Positions 62,593 through 64,000 of a stretch of 64,000 nucleotides of DNA are shown here, one piece after another. Below the pieces are notes generated by a model. The model was given only the letters and a program-made list of their open reading frames with translations. It was not told where the DNA came from and searched no databases. Source of the DNA: Bacteriovoracia bacterium (GTDB lineage Bacteria; Bdellovibrionota; UBA1018; JBFWNL01). The translations under genes and the position numbers were made by a program. The stretch is from NCBI GenBank assembly GCA_050251055.1, contig JBFWNL010000004.1, positions 64,001-128,000 on the forward strand. The letters run 5' to 3'. Position 1 is the stretch's first letter, and the number at the start of each line of letters is the position of its first letter.

Positions 62593-63204
62593 ATGAAGGA
62601 ACTAAAGGTTTACGGCATCACGGCGGTTTGCGCGATCCTGGCCGCCTTCCTCATCCGGATCTTTCTGGTCGAAGCGTATCGTATCCCCACCGCGGCGATG
62701 AAGCCCACGCTGATCCCCGGCGACGTCATCTTCGTGGCGAAGTGGCCGTTCGGGGTGTTTTCACGCCCGCCGCGCTTAGGGGAAGTCGTGCTTTACACGC
62801 TTCCCGACGAGCCCGACCGCCATTACCTCAAACGCGTCGTCGCTCTGGGCGGCGCCCAGGTTTGGCTGCGTGGGGGGCATCTCACCGTGGACGGCCACAC
62901 GCTTGAGCTCAAAGCCGAATCCGGCTCACCCTGCGGGCATGAGGTCCTCGGCACCGTGAATTATCCCGTTTGCGTGGAAAGCCCGGTCTTGGAGGACGCC
63001 GGTCCCATCGACGTGCCGAGAGATTCTGTTTTCGTGATCGGCGATTTCCGGCAAAAGTCGGAAACCACCCGCGCCTGGAGCGTCGTGCCCACGCGGCTAC
63101 TCTCGGCGAAGGCGATCGGCATCTGGCTTTCCGTCGACCCGACCCATCCGGGATGGTGGCCAGCTTTCCGCTGGCAGAGATTCCTGAACTCGATTCGACC
63201 CTAA
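62593..63204 (+). CDS. lepB: Signal peptidase I homolog (S26) lacking the catalytic Ser
   Basis: AYRIPTAAMKPTLIPGD, YLKRVV and GDFRQKS; directly after lepA. Confidence 0.8.
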   Translation: MKELKVYGITAVCAILAAFLIRIFLVEAYRIPTAAMKPTLIPGDVIFVAKWPFGVFSRPPRLGEVVLYTLPDEPDRHYLKRVVALGGAQVWLRGGHLTVDGHTLELKAESGSPCGHEVLGTVNYPVCVESPVLEDAGPIDVPRDSVFVIGDFRQKSETTRAWSVVPTRLLSAKAIGIWLSVDPTHPGWWPAFRWQRFLNSIRP

Positions 63205-63211
63205 TCGAACG

Positions 63212-63946
63212 ATGAAACATCGCCATCCGCCGAAGAACCTCACGCATCTGCTCTTTGATCTCGACGGGACCATCCTGGGAGCGTGGGATTTCCCGCTACA
63301 GATTCGTTTCATTCAAAAAGCCTTGAAAGCCATGAAGCAACGCTCGGGCTTACGCAAGGGGCTCGAAGCGTTGATTAAAGTGAAGCTCGAGCTCGAGAAC
63401 CCCAGCTTCGAGGGCCACAATCTCATGCGCTCGCATACCGTGACTTCGAAGGTGCTGGGCGTGAGCGTGGAAGAGGCCGAAAAGATCATGAGCGAGACGA
63501 TCGGCGGGCTATTCCCGACGCTCGAGCGCTTTTTCTTCCCCATCAAGGGTGCCCAGGCATTTCTCGCGGCCGTGCGGGAGCGCTACACGTTGATCTTGGC
63601 GACGAACCCCGTCTGGGAGCCCTCCATCATCGAGCTGCGCGTAAAGTGGGCGGGGATCGACCCCACGATTTTCAAATCCATCACCGACGGCACCAAAATG
63701 AACGTCGTGAAGCCGAGTCCCAAGTACTACGAAAAAATCCTGAAGGACGAGGGGATCCAAGCCAACCAGTGCATGCTCATCGGCAATGACCTACGCAACG
63801 ATCTCTCGGCCGTGAGCGTGGGCATTCCCGTGTTCATCATCTCCAAGCGCAAGCAGTTGCGTGAAATTACGCCGGATGGCTCGAAAGTCCCGGCCTGGAC
63901 CGGTAACTACGCCGTGCTGACCGAATTTCTGGGGGTCGGCCGCTAA
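63212..63946 (+). CDS. HAD family hydrolase
   Basis: FDLDGTI, LATNP, KP and MLIGND...D motifs. Confidence 0.9.
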   Translation: MKHRHPPKNLTHLLFDLDGTILGAWDFPLQIRFIQKALKAMKQRSGLRKGLEALIKVKLELENPSFEGHNLMRSHTVTSKVLGVSVEEAEKIMSETIGGLFPTLERFFFPIKGAQAFLAAVRERYTLILATNPVWEPSIIELRVKWAGIDPTIFKSITDGTKMNVVKPSPKYYEKILKDEGIQANQCMLIGNDLRNDLSAVSVGIPVFIISKRKQLREITPDGSKVPAWTGNYAVLTEFLGVGR

Positions 63947-64000
63947 TTTTTTTGGCTCAGAAACGCGAGCCGTCTGAGAAATAGCGACGATCACCGGTCG

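Overview
A GC-rich bacterial chromosome segment. The gene content (pilW/tgl-rodZ, many orphan secreted proteins and lipoproteins, sigma54 promoters) suggests a Bdellovibrionota-like organism; this is inference. Most of the window is housekeeping: moxR-DUF58-DUF3488, tkt, pyrD, rsgA, recO, gmhB, msbA, queG, rimO, yajQ, lolA, smc, ppdK, alpha2-type glyQS, oppA, trmL, asnS, pepA, wcaJ-like, rodZ, rlmD-like, lepA and a lepB-like gene. There is one tRNA-Ala(CGC), with an AT-richer accessory block beyond its 3' end. No CRISPR array, integrase or transposase was seen. The most interesting items are largely missing from the ORF track: (1) a stand-alone 21-aa Lys-rich gene with promoter, RBS and terminator; (2) a probable sigma54/IHF-driven, multi-hairpin, GGA-rich ncRNA of about 260 nt upstream of smc; (3) two tandem precursor-like membrane paralogs followed by two clan-CD-like cysteine peptidase genes; (4) a long inverted repeat that includes the tRNA 3' end; (5) a DnaA-box cluster with no dnaA in the window; (6) a LepB homolog lacking its catalytic Ser; (7) repeated leaderless-type gene starts. 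All family calls come from motif recognition by eye; no searches were run.
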